From positions 109,604 through 173,603 of the forward strand of contig CAITIE010000090.1 of assembly GCA_903892355.1 (NCBI GenBank): 64,000 nt of DNA. The letters run 5' to 3'. The DNA is from an uncultured Pirellula sp. (GTDB lineage: Bacteria > Planctomycetota > Planctomycetia > Pirellulales > Pirellulaceae). Under the pieces are notes generated by a model. The model saw only the letters and a program-made list of their open reading frames with translations, was not told where the DNA came from and made no database searches. Of this stretch, positions 63,660 through 64,000 are shown in pieces. A program made the translations under genes and the position numbers. The stretch's first letter is position 1. Every line of letters begins with the position of its first letter.

Positions 63660-64000
63660 TGAACGCATCACGACGCGAATTTTTGACGACCGTCTCTGCA
63701 GGCGTCGCCGCAGGGATCACCCAAGGTGGATTTTTCTCGGGTGCTCATGCCGCTGAAGACCGAAAACTCGGTGTTGCCTTGGTCGGCCTGGGCAGCTTGA
63801 GTACGCACCAGATTGCCCCGGCCCTAGCAAAAACGCAGCACTGCCGGCTCGCCGCGATCGTGACCGGTTCCCCCGAAAAGGAGAAAGCTTGGGGCGACAA
63901 ATACGGCATCGGCCCAGATCATCGTTACAGCTACGAAGCGTTCGACAAAATCGCCGGCGATGATTCGGTGGACATCGTCTACATCGTTCTCCCCAATAGC
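63660..64000 (+). CDS. Gfo/Idh/MocA-family oxidoreductase with Tat signal (3' end lies outside the window)
   Basis: Not in the ORF track because no stop falls within the window. ATG 63660 gives MNASRREFLTTVSAGVAAGITQGG...KLGVALVGLGSLSTHQIAPAL...IVYIVLPN. Confidence 0.7.

Noticed and set aside
1-64000. Search for tRNA, rRNA, tmRNA, RNase P or SRP RNA, and for mobile elements (transposase, integrase, phage genes, inverted terminal repeats)
   Set aside because: I noticed no T-loop-like GGTTCGAATCC-type boxes outside coding frames, no rRNA-like stretches and no transposase- or integrase-like translations. The absence is by-eye only; tRNAscan/Infernal would be decisive.

Overview
This 64-kb chromosomal segment reads as Planctomycetota, Pirellulales-like. 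The lineage call rests on a DUF1559 pseudopilin-like protein with an H-X9-DG tail, a PSCyt/DUF1549/DUF1553 + DUF1501 gene pair, Tat-signal Gfo/Idh/MocA oxidoreductases, and giant secreted proteins with an N-terminal LExRxLMA motif. I call about 45 protein-coding genes, two of them cut by the window edges. Most are housekeeping: arfB, a phospho-sugar mutase, nagA, cstA, glnII, truB, pdxJ, rlmN, HU, phoU-phoB, lptB, lepB, pckG, uvrC, rpe, accD, nadA and ugd. Lineage-specific exported proteins are interspersed among them. I recognised no rRNA, tRNA, CRISPR array, transposase, integrase or phage genes. All calls come from by-eye motif recognition on the supplied ORF translations; no search tool was run, so start codons and family names are provisional. 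The observations I rank highest are: (1) a fused EutB-EutC ethanolamine ammonia-lyase with a twin-arginine signal, sitting just downstream of an exported beta-propeller gene; (2) a co-oriented PSCyt/DUF1553 - DUF1501 - phoU - phoB string that ties an uncharacterised planctomycete gene pair to phosphate signalling; (3) a shared N-terminal motif on two unrelated secreted enzymes, a 1711-aa metzincin/cohesin-like/dockerin protein and a haem peroxidase; (4) short tandem duplications (11-21 bp, 2-4 copies, each a different sequence) in nine intergenic regions plus two in-frame coding arrays, three of them clustered around uvrC; (5) several degenerate or minimal enzymes: a histidine-phosphatase homolog lacking both catalytic His residues, a UvrC without (HhH)2, and a NagA without its beta-sandwich.
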